From an uncultured Verrucomicrobiae bacterium (lineage in GTDB: Bacteria; Verrucomicrobiota; Verrucomicrobiia; Limisphaerales; Palsa-1400), in contig CAVXRD010000002.1 of assembly GCA_963764165.1 (NCBI GenBank), positions 2,752,001-2,816,000 of the forward strand: DNA of 64,000 nucleotides. The letters run 5' to 3'. Position numbers and translations under genes: made by a program. This document shows, one piece after another, positions 1-10,845 of this stretch (its first letter is position 1; every line of letters starts with the position of its first letter). The notes beneath the pieces were generated by a model. It was not told where the DNA came from. It ran no database searches and worked only from the letters and a program-made list of their open reading frames with translations.

Positions 1-351
1 CCGGTTCGGCAAAGCCTTGCCACCGGGCAGCCATTGAAATGGAATCGTGTCAATAAATTGCCGGATTTCGTTTTCTTTAATCACAGCATCCACGTTGCGA
101 AGGGCATCGGCTGCGAGACGTGCCACGGGCCCGTCCACGAAATGACGATGACGTGGAAAGGCGAGACCCTCTATATGAAATGGTGCCTGCAATGCCATCG
201 CCACCCGGAGGATTTCATCCGCCCTCATGGCGAGGTCTTTGATATGCATTGGCAACCGCCGCCAGACCAGGCGAGCCGGGGCGCGAAGCTGGTGGCCGAC
301 AATCACATCAGTCGGCCCGAAATGACGGATTGCAGCCGATGCCACCGATGA
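1..351 (+). CDS. actA: Alternative complex III multiheme cytochrome c subunit, 5'-truncated by the window edge
   Basis: Frame open from base 1; heme motifs CETCH, CLQCH, CSRCH and FFNHSIH; ATGA overlap with actB. Confidence 0.9.
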   Translation, partial: PVRQSLATGQPLKWNRVNKLPDFVFFNHSIHVAKGIGCETCHGPVHEMTMTWKGETLYMKWCLQCHRHPEDFIRPHGEVFDMHWQPPPDQASRGAKLVADNHISRPEMTDCSRCHR

Positions 352-3299
352 ACGCCGCCGAATCATCTGGACCCCGTTATTGGCGAAGCCTTTCGGAATT
401 GGCGCGCGGCAGGAATTCCGCGGATGGGGCGGCCGCCGAATTTGCCGAACCTTTCGAGCCGCCCGCCCGCGAATTTACCAGGCGGGACTTCCTGAAAATC
501 GCGGGCTCCGCCATGGCGCTGAGTGGCTTGAGCGCCTGCACGCGGGAGCCAGTGCATCCGATTGTGCCTTACGTCAAACGGCCTGAGGAATTGATTCCCG
601 GCCGTCCGCTGCATTACGCGACAGCAATGCCCTTCAACGGCTTCGCCACGGGCCTGCTGGTGGAAAGTCACGAAGGCCATCCCACGAAAATCGAGGGCAA
701 TCCCAACCACCCTTCGAGCCTCGGCGCAACGGGGATTTTTCAGCAAGCGGCGCTGTTGGATCTTTACGATCCGGATCGCCCTCGAACGGTGACCGAAGCG
801 GGCCGCACAAGCAATTACCCATCGTTCCTGGCGGAGCTCGAGAACGCGATGCGTGAGCAACGCGCACGTCGCGGCGCCGGGTTGCGCATCCTGACACAAG
901 GCGCTTGTTCTCCGACAATGGCGGCGCAGTTGGACGAATTGCGGCGCCAGTTTCCCGAAGCCCGTTGGCATCAATTCGAGCCTTTGGCGCGTGACAATAC
1001 CCTGGAAGGCGCGCGACTGGCTTTCGGCAAGGCCGTCGAAGCGCGCTACCATCTTGATCGCGCCCGCGTCGTCCTCTCGCTGGACTCGGACTTTCTATTC
1101 GCGCACCCGGATTGCCTCGCCTTGACGCGCCGATTCGCCGATGGGCGCAGAATCGCGGCGCAGGGGGGCGATGCCAATCGCCTTTACGTGATGGAGCCGA
1201 CACCTTCCCTCACAGGCTCGGTGGCGGACCATCGGATTCCCGCGACGTCGGGGGAAATTGAAATACTGGCGCGTGCCTTGGCGGTGGAATTGGGTGTGAC
1301 CGCCGCGAATCCCTCGCGACCGCTTGCCGCGAAAGTTGAGAAATGGCTTCACGCGTTGACGGAAGATTTAAAACAAGCCCAAGGAGCTTGCGCTGTCATA
1401 GCAGGCGAGCCGCAGCCACCCACGATTCATGCCCTGGCGCATCTCATCAACACCAAACTGGGTGCGGTCGGGAAGACCGTGGAATACACACGCTCCGCTC
1501 AGGCTAAATGGGTCAATCATCGCCAATCGATTCAGGAATTGCGCGGCGATTTGGAAAAGGGGATTGTGGAATGCCTCATCATCATCGGCGGCAATCCTGT
1601 ATTTGACGCACCCGCCGAATTGCAATGGGCTCGGTGGCTGGAACGTGTCAAGATGAGTATCCATCTCCACACGGATTTCAACGAGACTTCAGCCCAATGC
1701 CAGTGGCACGTTCCCGAATCGCACTTTCTCGAAGCATGGGGCGATGCGCGCGCGTTCGATGGCACGGCATCAGTCATTCAGCCGCTGATCGCGCCGCTCT
1801 ATGAGAGCAAGACGGCGCACGAAGTTCTTCACGCCGCCATTCACAGCGAAGTTTGGAGCGACTACGACATTGTGCGGGCTCATTGGCGCTCGCAAATCCA
1901 AGAACCGGATTTTGAAAATGCGTGGCGCAGGATTTTGCACGATGGGGTGGTGGAGGGTTCGGCCTTCGCTCCTGTTTCCATTCAGCCAAACAGCAGCGCC
2001 GCTATGGATTCGGCAGCCATCGGGAGTTCCGAAAAGGTGGAACTTCTTTTCCGACCAGACCCGACCATTTGGGATGGGCGATTCGCCAATAATGGATGGC
2101 TTCAGGAAGCTCCCAAACCTTTCAGCAAAGTGACGTGGGATAATCCGGCGCTAATAAGCCCGGCTCTCGCGCAGCGCCTTCAATTGGAATCTGGCGACAT
2201 CGTGGAACTGCGGTTGAAAGACGCGTCATTAGCCGCGCCCGTCTGGATTACGCCAGGGCAGGCGGAGAACAGCGTCACGGTCCATTTGGGAAATGGCCGG
2301 ACGCGAGTTGGGTCGGTTGGAAAAAATGTGGGCGTGAATGGTTATCCACTTCGCTCTTTGGCAAATTATTGGGCCGGGCCCGGTTTGGAAATCGTCAAAA
2401 CAGGCCGGCGCGCAACGCTGGCCAGCACGCAGCATATGCACAATGTCGAAGGCCGCGACATTATCCGCACCAGCACGCTGTTGCAATTTCGCGCCGATCA
2501 CGATGCCACAAAAAAAGGCCGCGAACCGGAGCCCGCTGCCGCTGACACGCTTTACAACGCCAACGAGTTCAAAATCCGCCAGGACGCATGGGGCATGGCG
2601 ATTGACTTGAACGCGTGCATCGGCTGCAACGCCTGCGCGCTCGCGTGTCAGGCGGAAAATAATATTCCGGTGGTGGGCAAGGAGCAAGTCGCGGCGGGAC
2701 GCGACATGGCGTGGATACGCATCGATCAGTATTTTGAGGGGCCGGCCGAAAATCCCCGCGTGCATCATCAACCCGTGCCGTGCATGCATTGCGAGAACGC
2801 GCCGTGCGAACTCGTCTGTCCCGTGGGCGCAACGCTGCACGACCACGAAGGATTGAATTTGCAGGTTTACAATCGCTGCGTCGGCACGCGTTATTGCTCG
2901 AACAATTGCCCCTACAAAGTTCGCCGCTTCAATTTCTTTCGTTACTCGGATTTCGAAACGCCGAGCCTCAAGTCGATGCGGAATCCGAATGTGACCGTGC
3001 GCTGGCGGGGCGTGATGGAGAAATGCACTTACTGCATCCAGCGCATCAGCGCGGCCAGAATCGCGGCGGAAATTGAGAATCGTCCGATTCGTGATGGCGA
3101 GATCAAAACGGCCTGTCAACAAGTTTGCCCCGCCCGCGCCATCACCTTCGGGAACATTGACGATTCGGCCACGGAAGTTTCGAAATGGAAGGGGTCGCCG
3201 CTGAACTACGCGATGCTCGGCGAATTGAACACGCGCCCGCGCACGACGTATCTCGCGCGCCTGCGCAATCCCCATCCGAAACTGGAGGGCGAGGCGTGA
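348..3299 (+). CDS. actB: ACIII subunit B (molybdopterin-oxidoreductase-like domain plus Fe-S domain, Tat-exported)
   Basis: ATG 348 overlaps actA stop; YWRSL and TRRDFLK motifs; C-terminal CIGCNACALAC, CMHCENAPC, CVGTRYC, CTYC clusters. Confidence 0.93.
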   Translation: MNAAESSGPRYWRSLSELARGRNSADGAAAEFAEPFEPPAREFTRRDFLKIAGSAMALSGLSACTREPVHPIVPYVKRPEELIPGRPLHYATAMPFNGFATGLLVESHEGHPTKIEGNPNHPSSLGATGIFQQAALLDLYDPDRPRTVTEAGRTSNYPSFLAELENAMREQRARRGAGLRILTQGACSPTMAAQLDELRRQFPEARWHQFEPLARDNTLEGARLAFGKAVEARYHLDRARVVLSLDSDFLFAHPDCLALTRRFADGRRIAAQGGDANRLYVMEPTPSLTGSVADHRIPATSGEIEILARALAVELGVTAANPSRPLAAKVEKWLHALTEDLKQAQGACAVIAGEPQPPTIHALAHLINTKLGAVGKTVEYTRSAQAKWVNHRQSIQELRGDLEKGIVECLIIIGGNPVFDAPAELQWARWLERVKMSIHLHTDFNETSAQCQWHVPESHFLEAWGDARAFDGTASVIQPLIAPLYESKTAHEVLHAAIHSEVWSDYDIVRAHWRSQIQEPDFENAWRRILHDGVVEGSAFAPVSIQPNSSAAMDSAAIGSSEKVELLFRPDPTIWDGRFANNGWLQEAPKPFSKVTWDNPALISPALAQRLQLESGDIVELRLKDASLAAPVWITPGQAENSVTVHLGNGRTRVGSVGKNVGVNGYPLRSLANYWAGPGLEIVKTGRRATLASTQHMHNVEGRDIIRTSTLLQFRADHDATKKGREPEPAAADTLYNANEFKIRQDAWGMAIDLNACIGCNACALACQAENNIPVVGKEQVAAGRDMAWIRIDQYFEGPAENPRVHHQPVPCMHCENAPCELVCPVGATLHDHEGLNLQVYNRCVGTRYCSNNCPYKVRRFNFFRYSDFETPSLKSMRNPNVTVRWRGVMEKCTYCIQRISAARIAAEIENRPIRDGEIKTACQQVCPARAITFGNIDDSATEVSKWKGSPLNYAMLGELNTRPRTTYLARLRNPHPKLEGEA

Positions 3300-4678
3300 A
3301 CGAAATCGAATCAGGACCACCGACAAAGCTGGGATACCCGTCGCGGTTCATCGGCCCGGGAGAGAATTACGGGTCTGTCACAGATAAAATCGGCTCCATT
3401 GTGCTCCATCACCCGCGACCCAAGACGTGGTGGATCAGTTTCGCCGTGGCGTTTTCGCTGCTGATGATGTTTCTGCTGGCCGTCTCTGTGTTGCTGCTGC
3501 GAGGGATTGGAGTTTGGGGAGTCAACGTGCCGGTGGCGTGGGGCTTTGCCATTGTCAATTTCGTCTGGTGGATTGGGATTGGGCACGCCGGGACATTTAT
3601 CTCGGCCATTTTGCTGCTGCTGCATCAGCAATGGCGAACCTCCATCAATCGCTTGACAGAGGCGATGACGCTTTTTGCGGTCGCGTGCGCGGGAATGTTT
3701 CCGCTGCTCCACCTTGGACGGCCATGGCTGTTTTATTGGCTGCTGCCTTACCCGGATACGATGGGGCTTTGGCCGCAATTTCGCAGTCCGCTGGTCTGGG
3801 ACGTCTTCGCTGTCAGCACTTATTTCACGGTGTCGCTGATCTTCTGGTATTCAGGATTGCTGCCGGATGTGGCGACCTTGCGCGACCGCGCGAAAACGCG
3901 GCTGGGCCAGATGTTCTACGGAATTCTCGCCATGGGCTGGCGCGGCTCGGCGGCCCATTGGCAGCGCCAGCAAACCGCCTACCTGCTGCTGGCCGGTCTG
4001 GCGACACCGCTCGTGCTGAGCGTCCACAGCGTGGTGAGTTTCGATTTCGCGGTGGCGATGGTGCCGGGCTGGCACTCGACCATTTTTCCGCCGTATTTCG
4101 TGGCAGGCGCAATTTATTCGGGATTCGCCATGGTGCTTAATATCGTGATTCCACTGCGCAAGCTTTATGGATTGCAGAGCCTCATCACGCAGCGCCACTT
4201 GAACAACATGGCCAATGTCATGTTCGCCACCGGCATGATGGTGGCCTACGGCTATTTGATGGAGGCCTTCATGGCCTGGTACAGCGGGGATGTCTTCGAC
4301 GAATACATGATGGCAAATCGCGCCTTCGGCCCCTACGGCTGGATTTTCTGGGCGCTCATGCTGTTCAACGTGCTCATCCCGCAGGCTCTCTGGTCGCGTC
4401 GTGTGCGGACCACACCGCTTTTCCTTTTTATCGTCGCTCTTTTCATCAACGCCGGAATGTGGATCGAGCGCTTCGTCATCGTCGTCACCAGTTTGCATCG
4501 CGATTTCGTGCCGTCGTCGTGGGGGATGTACACGCCGACGAAATGGGATTGGATGACGCTGGCAGGCAGCGTGGGATTGTTCTTGACGCTGCTGTTCATC
4601 TTCCTGCGATTGCTGCCTGCCATTTCGATGAGCGAAGTCCGCGCGCTGATCGCCGAAAAACAGGAGGCCAAGCCATGA
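3296..4678 (+). CDS. actC: ACIII subunit C (NrfD/PsrC-family quinol-binding membrane protein)
   Basis: GTGA overlap; NFVWWIGIGHAGTFISA, HLGRPW, FRSPLVWD motifs. Confidence 0.93.
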   Translation: MNEIESGPPTKLGYPSRFIGPGENYGSVTDKIGSIVLHHPRPKTWWISFAVAFSLLMMFLLAVSVLLLRGIGVWGVNVPVAWGFAIVNFVWWIGIGHAGTFISAILLLLHQQWRTSINRLTEAMTLFAVACAGMFPLLHLGRPWLFYWLLPYPDTMGLWPQFRSPLVWDVFAVSTYFTVSLIFWYSGLLPDVATLRDRAKTRLGQMFYGILAMGWRGSAAHWQRQQTAYLLLAGLATPLVLSVHSVVSFDFAVAMVPGWHSTIFPPYFVAGAIYSGFAMVLNIVIPLRKLYGLQSLITQRHLNNMANVMFATGMMVAYGYLMEAFMAWYSGDVFDEYMMANRAFGPYGWIFWALMLFNVLIPQALWSRRVRTTPLFLFIVALFINAGMWIERFVIVVTSLHRDFVPSSWGMYTPTKWDWMTLAGSVGLFLTLLFIFLRLLPAISMSEVRALIAEKQEAKP

Positions 4679-5208
4679 AACCGGCGCTGGCAGGCCTGAT
4701 GGCGGGATTTGAAACGCACGAGGAATTGCTTCGCGCCGCGCACGAAGCTCGCGCCAGCGGATTTCGCGACATGGACGCCTATTCGCCGTTTCCCGTCGAG
4801 GGATTGGCCGAGGCTCTCGGGCGCAAAGGGTCCATCATTCCATTTCTGGTGTTGTGCGGCGGAATGACGGGGGGTGTGGGCGGATATTTCATGCAATGGT
4901 ATGCCAGCACCATCGATTATCCGGTAAATATCGGCGGGCGTCCGCTCCATAGCTGGCCCTCGTTCATCCCGATCACATTCGAATTGACGGTGCTGTGCGC
5001 GGCGTTGACGGCGATTGTCTCGATGATCGCTCTGAATCGCCTGCCGCAGCCGCATCACCCCGTTTTCAACGTGCCGGAATTTGCGCGCGCCTCGACGGAT
5101 CGATTTTTCCTCTGCATCGAATCGAGCGATGCGAAGTTCGATATCGCGGCAACGCGGACTTTTTTGGAACGATTGAATCCGTTTATGATCGCGGAGGTGC
5201 CGGCGTGA
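4675..5208 (+). CDS. actD: ACIII subunit D (DUF3341)
   Basis: ATGA overlap; YSPFPVEGL and FIPITFELTVL motifs, two TM helices. Confidence 0.9.
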   Translation: MKPALAGLMAGFETHEELLRAAHEARASGFRDMDAYSPFPVEGLAEALGRKGSIIPFLVLCGGMTGGVGGYFMQWYASTIDYPVNIGGRPLHSWPSFIPITFELTVLCAALTAIVSMIALNRLPQPHHPVFNVPEFARASTDRFFLCIESSDAKFDIAATRTFLERLNPFMIAEVPA

Positions 5209-5780
5209 AGTGGAGCGTGCCAATCGTTGTCTGCGCGATGTCGATGCTGTTCAACGGCTGCCGCCGCGAAATGTACGATCAGCCGCGCGGCGACCCGCTG
5301 AAGAGCAGCGATTTCTTTTCCGACGGCGCGGCCTCGCGGCCTTTGCCAGCGCATGCCGTTGCGCAGGAGAATTTTCATACGAACATTTCTTATGACACTG
5401 GCCGGATCGGCACCAATTATTTGACACAAATGCCGTTCCCGGTCACGCGTACGGTTTTGGAGCGGGGACAGGATCGTTTTAACATTTATTGTTCGGAATG
5501 CCATGGCCGGACTGGAGACGGCCACGGCATGATCGTGCAGCGAGGATTTCCGGCGCCGCCGGATTTCACCATCGACCGTCTTCGTGAAAAGCCACCTGGA
5601 TATTTCTACGACGTGATGACGCGCGGTTATGGCGTGATGTTCTCCTACGCCAATCGCGTTGATTCCGATGACCGATGGGCTATCGCCGCATATATCGGCG
5701 TTCTGCAATTGAGCCGGCACGCCGCGCTGGCGGACGTCCCGCCTGCCGAACGCTCAACATTGGAGGCGCAAGCAAAATGA
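5205..5780 (+). CDS. actE: ACIII subunit E (monoheme cytochrome c lipoprotein)
   Basis: GTGA overlap; lipobox-like FNGC then MYDQP; one CSECH motif; DRWAIAAY. Confidence 0.9.
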   Translation: MKWSVPIVVCAMSMLFNGCRREMYDQPRGDPLKSSDFFSDGAASRPLPAHAVAQENFHTNISYDTGRIGTNYLTQMPFPVTRTVLERGQDRFNIYCSECHGRTGDGHGMIVQRGFPAPPDFTIDRLREKPPGYFYDVMTRGYGVMFSYANRVDSDDRWAIAAYIGVLQLSRHAALADVPPAERSTLEAQAK

Positions 5781-6946
5781 ACAGCGTTCTGCTCGCACGA
5801 ACCAACCGCCTTCAATCCGCGGCCTTCTTCGCCGGAATCGCCGGATTGCTGGCCTGCGGCGTTGGCGCGTTCGTCAACACGCGGCAATTTTTCATTTCTT
5901 ATCTCTTTGCCATTCTCTTCTGGCTTGGCCTCTCGCTTGGCTGCTTGTGTGTGGCAATGATTCATCACCTCACCAGCGGACGGTGGGGCGATGTCACGAG
6001 GCGATTCATGGAAGCCGGTTACATGACGCTGCCGGCGATGGGAATTTTATTTCTGCCGTTGTTCGCCGGACTGCGGCAGCTCTACGAATGGGCGGGGCCG
6101 GATGGAGTGGCCCACATTCCCGCGCTTGCTTTCAAGGCGCATTATCTGAATGTGACTGGCTTCGCCATTCGGGCGGTAGTCATTTTTGCTGTGTGGATAT
6201 GGATGGCGTTGTCGCTGCGAAAATGGTCGCGGCAACAGGACGAAACAACGGATGTCGCGCCAACGCAGCGGGCAAGATCACTGAGCGGCCCCGGCGTCAT
6301 AATTTATGCGCTAACGGTCACCTTCGCGTGGATTGATTGGCTGATGTCGCTGGAGCCGGATTGGTATTCAACGATGGCCGCGATCATCGTTTGCGCGGGG
6401 CAAATTCTGGCGACTTTTGCGCTCGTCATCATCATGCTCGCTTGGTTCCGCGACCAGCCGCCATTTGCCGAGGTGGCAGAAGAAGGGCAGTTTCACCAAC
6501 TTGGAAATTTCCTGCTCACGTTCGTGATGTTCTGGACATACGTGTGCTTTGGGCAACTGCTCATCATTTGGAGCGGCAATTTGCCGAAGGAAATCGGCTG
6601 GTACCTTCACCGCATTGCGGGCGGGTGGAAATGGGTGGCAAGCTTCCTCGCGCTGTTTAATTTTTTCCTGCCGTTTTTCCTGCTCCTATTCCGCGCTTCC
6701 AAAAGGAAGCCGCAGGCGCTCCGCGCATTGGCAGGGATCGTCTTTGTCTGTCAACTGATCAATTCATGGTGGCTGGTCGAACCGTCCTTTTTCAAGACCG
6801 GTTTGCACATTCACTGGCTGGATTTTGTGGCGCCCGTCGGCGTTGGCGGAATGTGGCTGGCCGCTTTCGCGGCGCAATTGAAACGCGCGCCGCTGCTCAC
6901 GCAAAACGATCCCAGAATTTCCTACGTTTTCGCCCATGCAAAATAA
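5777..6946 (+). CDS. actF: ACIII subunit F (ActC-paralogous membrane protein)
   Basis: ATGA overlap; DWLMSLEPDWYST and QLLIIWSGNLP motifs; polytopic. Confidence 0.88.
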   Translation: MNSVLLARTNRLQSAAFFAGIAGLLACGVGAFVNTRQFFISYLFAILFWLGLSLGCLCVAMIHHLTSGRWGDVTRRFMEAGYMTLPAMGILFLPLFAGLRQLYEWAGPDGVAHIPALAFKAHYLNVTGFAIRAVVIFAVWIWMALSLRKWSRQQDETTDVAPTQRARSLSGPGVIIYALTVTFAWIDWLMSLEPDWYSTMAAIIVCAGQILATFALVIIMLAWFRDQPPFAEVAEEGQFHQLGNFLLTFVMFWTYVCFGQLLIIWSGNLPKEIGWYLHRIAGGWKWVASFLALFNFFLPFFLLLFRASKRKPQALRALAGIVFVCQLINSWWLVEPSFFKTGLHIHWLDFVAPVGVGGMWLAAFAAQLKRAPLLTQNDPRISYVFAHAK

Positions 6947-7298
6947 CGACATCAACTTCAAAGGAATTCTCATTTTCCTCGGCGTACTCACCGTGACGCT
7001 CGTGGTGGTTTACGCCACCGTTGCCGGCATGTCGCGCCGTTTTGAGAATCGCGCGGCGCGAGGTGACGAAGCCGTTCTGAGCAAGTCGCCACCTCGCTCC
7101 GTCAGCGCGAACGTTCCGTATTTTCCGGGTCCGCGTGAACAGCCGAATCCAATAGTCGATTTGCAAGCCTTGCGCGCCCGCGAGGATGCAGAAATTACAA
7201 ATTACGGCTGGATCAACCGAACCAGCGGCATTGTGCGCATTCCGATTGCACGGGCGATGGAACTTGTCCTGGCGAAACAACAGGAGGCTCATCCATGA
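6936..7298 (+). CDS. actG: Single-TM ACIII accessory subunit (ActG-like)
   Basis: Between actF and sco; one TM helix; C-terminal YGW...VRIPIARAM motif. Confidence 0.7.
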   Translation: MQNNDINFKGILIFLGVLTVTLVVVYATVAGMSRRFENRAARGDEAVLSKSPPRSVSANVPYFPGPREQPNPIVDLQALRAREDAEITNYGWINRTSGIVRIPIARAMELVLAKQQEAHP

Positions 7299-8092
7299 GC
7301 GCGCGGATTCTGATTTGCATTCTCCTCCTGGCGCGGAGCGTCTCCGCGCAACTGCTGACGGACGATGCGCTCCGCGAAATTGCCTTTGATGAAAAGCCGG
7401 GCGCGTCGATTTCATTGAATCTTCCCTTTCGCGACGAAAATGGGAATCGCGTGCGGCTTGGCCACTACTTCGACGGCAAGCCCGTGATTCTCGTTCTCGG
7501 ATATTACGAGTGCCCGATGCTCTGCAGCCTCGTCGCCAACGGCATGGTGAGCGCATTGCAGGACATCAAACCGCAGATGGGCCGCGATTATGTGGTAGTC
7601 AACGTGAGCATCGACCCGCGCGAAGGCTCGGCGCTCGCAGCTGCCAAGAAGAAATCTTACGTGACGCGTTTCGGCCAATCCGGCGCGGCCAATGGCTGGC
7701 ATTTTCTCACCGGTGACGAGCCCGCCATCCGCCAACTCGCCAGCGACGTGGGCTTTCAATACATTTACGATTCCACTTCCCGTCAATATGCGCATCCGAG
7801 CGGATTGGTCGTCCTGTCGCCGAACGGAAAAATTTCGCACTACCTTTCAGGCGTCGCGTATTCGCCCGCGGATGTCACGAAGGCCATTGAGGATGCTTCC
7901 GCCGCGAAAGTCGGCTCGCCGGTGGAGCAAATTTTTCTGCTTTGTTTCCGTTACAGCCCCGTCACCGGAAAATACAGCGCCATTATTTTGACAGTCGTGC
8001 GCGTAATCTCGCTTATGATTTTAGCGGGTTTGGTGGCGTTGATTGTCGGGGCCTGGCGTCGCGGACGCACGCCGCGATTGGAGAAAGGCTGA
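7295..8092 (+). CDS. SCO1/SenC copper chaperone
   Basis: CPMLC (CxxxC), WHFLTG, conserved His (AHPSG); directly upstream of oxidase subunit II. Confidence 0.9.
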   Translation: MSARILICILLLARSVSAQLLTDDALREIAFDEKPGASISLNLPFRDENGNRVRLGHYFDGKPVILVLGYYECPMLCSLVANGMVSALQDIKPQMGRDYVVVNVSIDPREGSALAAAKKKSYVTRFGQSGAANGWHFLTGDEPAIRQLASDVGFQYIYDSTSRQYAHPSGLVVLSPNGKISHYLSGVAYSPADVTKAIEDASAAKVGSPVEQIFLLCFRYSPVTGKYSAIILTVVRVISLMILAGLVALIVGAWRRGRTPRLEKG

Positions 8093-8094
8093 CC

Positions 8095-9042
8095 ATGCAC
8101 GGACTCCTTTTTCCCAACGCGGCAGCGGAGATGACTGGAAAAGTCGATTGGCTTTTCTCCGGTTTGGTTCTGATCAGCCTGCTTTACCTCGCGATTATTT
8201 TTGTCCCGATGATTTTTTTCATCTTCAAGTATCGCCGCGGGAAAAAAGCGGATCGTACACCGATTAAAATCAAAACCTGGAAAGTCGAAATCGTTTGGAC
8301 GGTGGTTCCTTTTCTTATGATGCTCGGGTTGTTCGCGTGGGGCGCGGATCTTTATTACCAGGTGGAACGGCCGCCGGCGGGGGCGCTAGAGGCCTTTGTC
8401 GTTGGGAAACAATGGATGTGGAAAATCCAACACATGGAGGGGAGGCGGGAAATCAATCAATTGCATATTCCCGTTGGACAGGCTGTCAAATTAACGATGA
8501 CTTCGGAGGATGTCATTCACAGCTTTTTCATTCCGGCCTTTCGCGTCAAACAGGATGTGGTACCTGGACGTTATGTCACGGAGTGGTTCCGAGCCATCAA
8601 ACCGGGAACGTATCATCTCTTCTGCGCCGAGTATTGCGGCACCGATCATTCGACGATGGGTGGAGATATCGTCGTGATGAAGCCGGAAGACTATGCAACG
8701 TGGCTTTCCTCCGGCGGCAATGACAATCTCGCGCGAGAAGGTGAGAAACTTTTTCGCGATCTGGGATGCAGCGGCTGCCATATGGGTAACTCGGTGGTTC
8801 GCGCGCCGCGATTAGAAGGCATTTACGGAAGCCCCGTTCCACTGTCCGATGGCACGGTCGTGACGGCTGACGATCAATACATCCGCGATTCGATTTTGCT
8901 TCCGGCTTCGCAAATCGTCGCCGGTTACAGCAATGCGATGCCGACATTTCAGGGCCGCGTTTCGGAAGAGCAAGTGGTGCAGCTTCTCGCTTACATTCGT
9001 GGGCTTTCGGGCGTGAAACCGACGGAGTCGACGAACCCATGA
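8095..9042 (+). CDS. coxB: Cytochrome c oxidase subunit II with fused C-terminal cytochrome c (caa3 type)
   Basis: CuA ligands DVIHSFFIP and CAEYCGTDHSTM; C-terminal CSGCH. Confidence 0.94.
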   Translation: MHGLLFPNAAAEMTGKVDWLFSGLVLISLLYLAIIFVPMIFFIFKYRRGKKADRTPIKIKTWKVEIVWTVVPFLMMLGLFAWGADLYYQVERPPAGALEAFVVGKQWMWKIQHMEGRREINQLHIPVGQAVKLTMTSEDVIHSFFIPAFRVKQDVVPGRYVTEWFRAIKPGTYHLFCAEYCGTDHSTMGGDIVVMKPEDYATWLSSGGNDNLAREGEKLFRDLGCSGCHMGNSVVRAPRLEGIYGSPVPLSDGTVVTADDQYIRDSILLPASQIVAGYSNAMPTFQGRVSEEQVVQLLAYIRGLSGVKPTESTNP

Positions 9043-9078
9043 ACAGGGCGCAGAACAACTTTTGTCGACTCTCACTAG

Positions 9079-9189
9079 AGGTAGGGACGCCTCGCCGAGG
9101 CGTCCGGGCCGAGGCGATATTCACGCGCAACCCTCCTACGCTAAAGCTACGGTGGGCAAGCCGGACGCCTCGGCGAGGCGTCCCTACCT
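9079..9189. repeat. REPIN-like doublet 1: inverted pair of GTAG-type REP palindromes, between coxB and coxA
   Basis: GTAGGGACGCCTCGCCGAGGCGTCC at 9081 and its exact reverse complement ending at 9187. Confidence 0.88.
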
Positions 9190-9207
9190 AAATTTGGTTT
9201 GCAACAC

Positions 9208-10845
9208 ATGAGCACCGTTTACATCCCAGCTCCAAAATCGGAAACCGAAAAGGAGGACTATCTTTCAGCGGGGCACACGGTGCGCTCGTGGCTGCTGACG
9301 ACCGATCACAAACGCATCGGCCTGCTTTACCTGTTCGCGATCATCGTCTTTTTTGTGGTGGCGGGGGTGGCGGCAGGGTTGATGCGCCTGGAGCTGCTTC
9401 GTCCGCGCGGGATGTTTTTTCTCAACGAGACTTACAACAAGCTTTTCACTCTGCACGGCGTGCTGATGGTTTGGTTTTTTTTAATTCCGTCCATCCCGTC
9501 CGTGCTGGGAAATTTTGTGATTCCAATCATGGTCGGCGCGCGCGACGTCGCGTTTCCGAAATTGAATCTTCTAAGTTGGTACCTGTTCATGACCGGAGGG
9601 GCGTTCGTGCTTTACTCGATCATCGTCGGCGGTGTCGATACGGGTTGGACGTTTTACACGCCGTTCAGCAGCACTTACTCCAACACGCATGTCATCATGA
9701 TGGCGGCGGGAATTTTCATCGCGGGCTTCAGCTCGATTCTCACCGGCCTCAATTTCATCATTACGATTCACACCATGCGAGCGCCGGGGCTGACGTGGTT
9801 TCGCATGCCGCTGTTCCTGTGGTCGATGTATTCGACGAGTTTAATTCTCATCCTCGCCACGCCTGTGCTGGCGATCACGCTGGCTTTGATGGCGCTGGAG
9901 CGGTTATGGCACATCGGCATTTTCGATCCGAAACTCGGAGGCGATCCGATTTTGTTTCAACACCTCTTTTGGTTTTATTCGCACCCGGCGGTTTACATCA
10001 TGATTCTGCCGGGAATGGGCGTCGTGAGCGAAATCATCAGTTGTTTTTCGCGCAAGGAAATTTTCGGTTACTCGTGGGTGGCGCTGGCGAGCGTGGCCAT
10101 TGCGATTTTGGGTTTTCTCGTCTGGGGCCACCACATGTTTGTCAGCAGCCAATCGATTTATGCGGGAATGGTTTTCTCGGTGTTGAGCTACCTGGTCGCG
10201 GTGCCTTCGGCGATCAAAGTGTTCAATTGGACCGCGACGCTCTATCGCGGCTCGATCAGTTTGGAAACTCCGATGCTCTACGCGCTGGCGTTCATTGGGC
10301 TGTTCACCATCGGCGGGTTGACGGGCTTGTTTCTCGCCGCGCTGGCAGTCGATGTTCACGTGACAGACACTTATTTTGTCGTCGCCCATTTTCATTACAT
10401 TATGGTCGGCGGAATGGTGACGGGATTTATGGGCGGGCTTCATTTTTGGTGGCCAAAAATCACCGGTCGGATTTATCCAGAGAAACCGGCCCAACTGGCG
10501 GCGCTGATTACGTTCATTGGGTTCAACCTGACGTTCTTCCCGCAATTCATCATGGGCTACATGGGAATGCCGCGACGCTACCACAATTACGCGCCAGAGT
10601 TTCAGATTTACCATATTCTTTCCACGGCGGGCGCATCCATCCTCGCGGCGGGTTACATCCTTCCGGTGATCTATTTGATATGGTCGCTGCGGCACGGGAA
10701 AAAAGCCGGGCCGAATCCGTGGCACGCGTGCGGATTGGAATGGCAAACTTCCTCGCCGCCGCCGGTGCATAATTTCAACACGCCTCCAGCGCTTCCGCCC
10801 AAGCCCTACAATTACGATGTGAACGCGGAGGTGGATTATGGATGA
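9208..10845 (+). CDS. coxA: Cytochrome c oxidase subunit I, A2-type heme-copper oxidase
   Basis: [15 protein letters not shown] (YS-type, no Glu), WGHHMF, AHFHY, MPRRY. Confidence 0.95.
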   Translation: MSTVYIPAPKSETEKEDYLSAGHTVRSWLLTTDHKRIGLLYLFAIIVFFVVAGVAAGLMRLELLRPRGMFFLNETYNKLFTLHGVLMVWFFLIPSIPSVLGNFVIPIMVGARDVAFPKLNLLSWYLFMTGGAFVLYSIIVGGVDTGWTFYTPFSSTYSNTHVIMMAAGIFIAGFSSILTGLNFIITIHTMRAPGLTWFRMPLFLWSMYSTSLILILATPVLAITLALMALERLWHIGIFDPKLGGDPILFQHLFWFYSHPAVYIMILPGMGVVSEIISCFSRKEIFGYSWVALASVAIAILGFLVWGHHMFVSSQSIYAGMVFSVLSYLVAVPSAIKVFNWTATLYRGSISLETPMLYALAFIGLFTIGGLTGLFLAALAVDVHVTDTYFVVAHFHYIMVGGMVTGFMGGLHFWWPKITGRIYPEKPAQLAALITFIGFNLTFFPQFIMGYMGMPRRYHNYAPEFQIYHILSTAGASILAAGYILPVIYLIWSLRHGKKAGPNPWHACGLEWQTSSPPPVHNFNTPPALPPKPYNYDVNAEVDYG

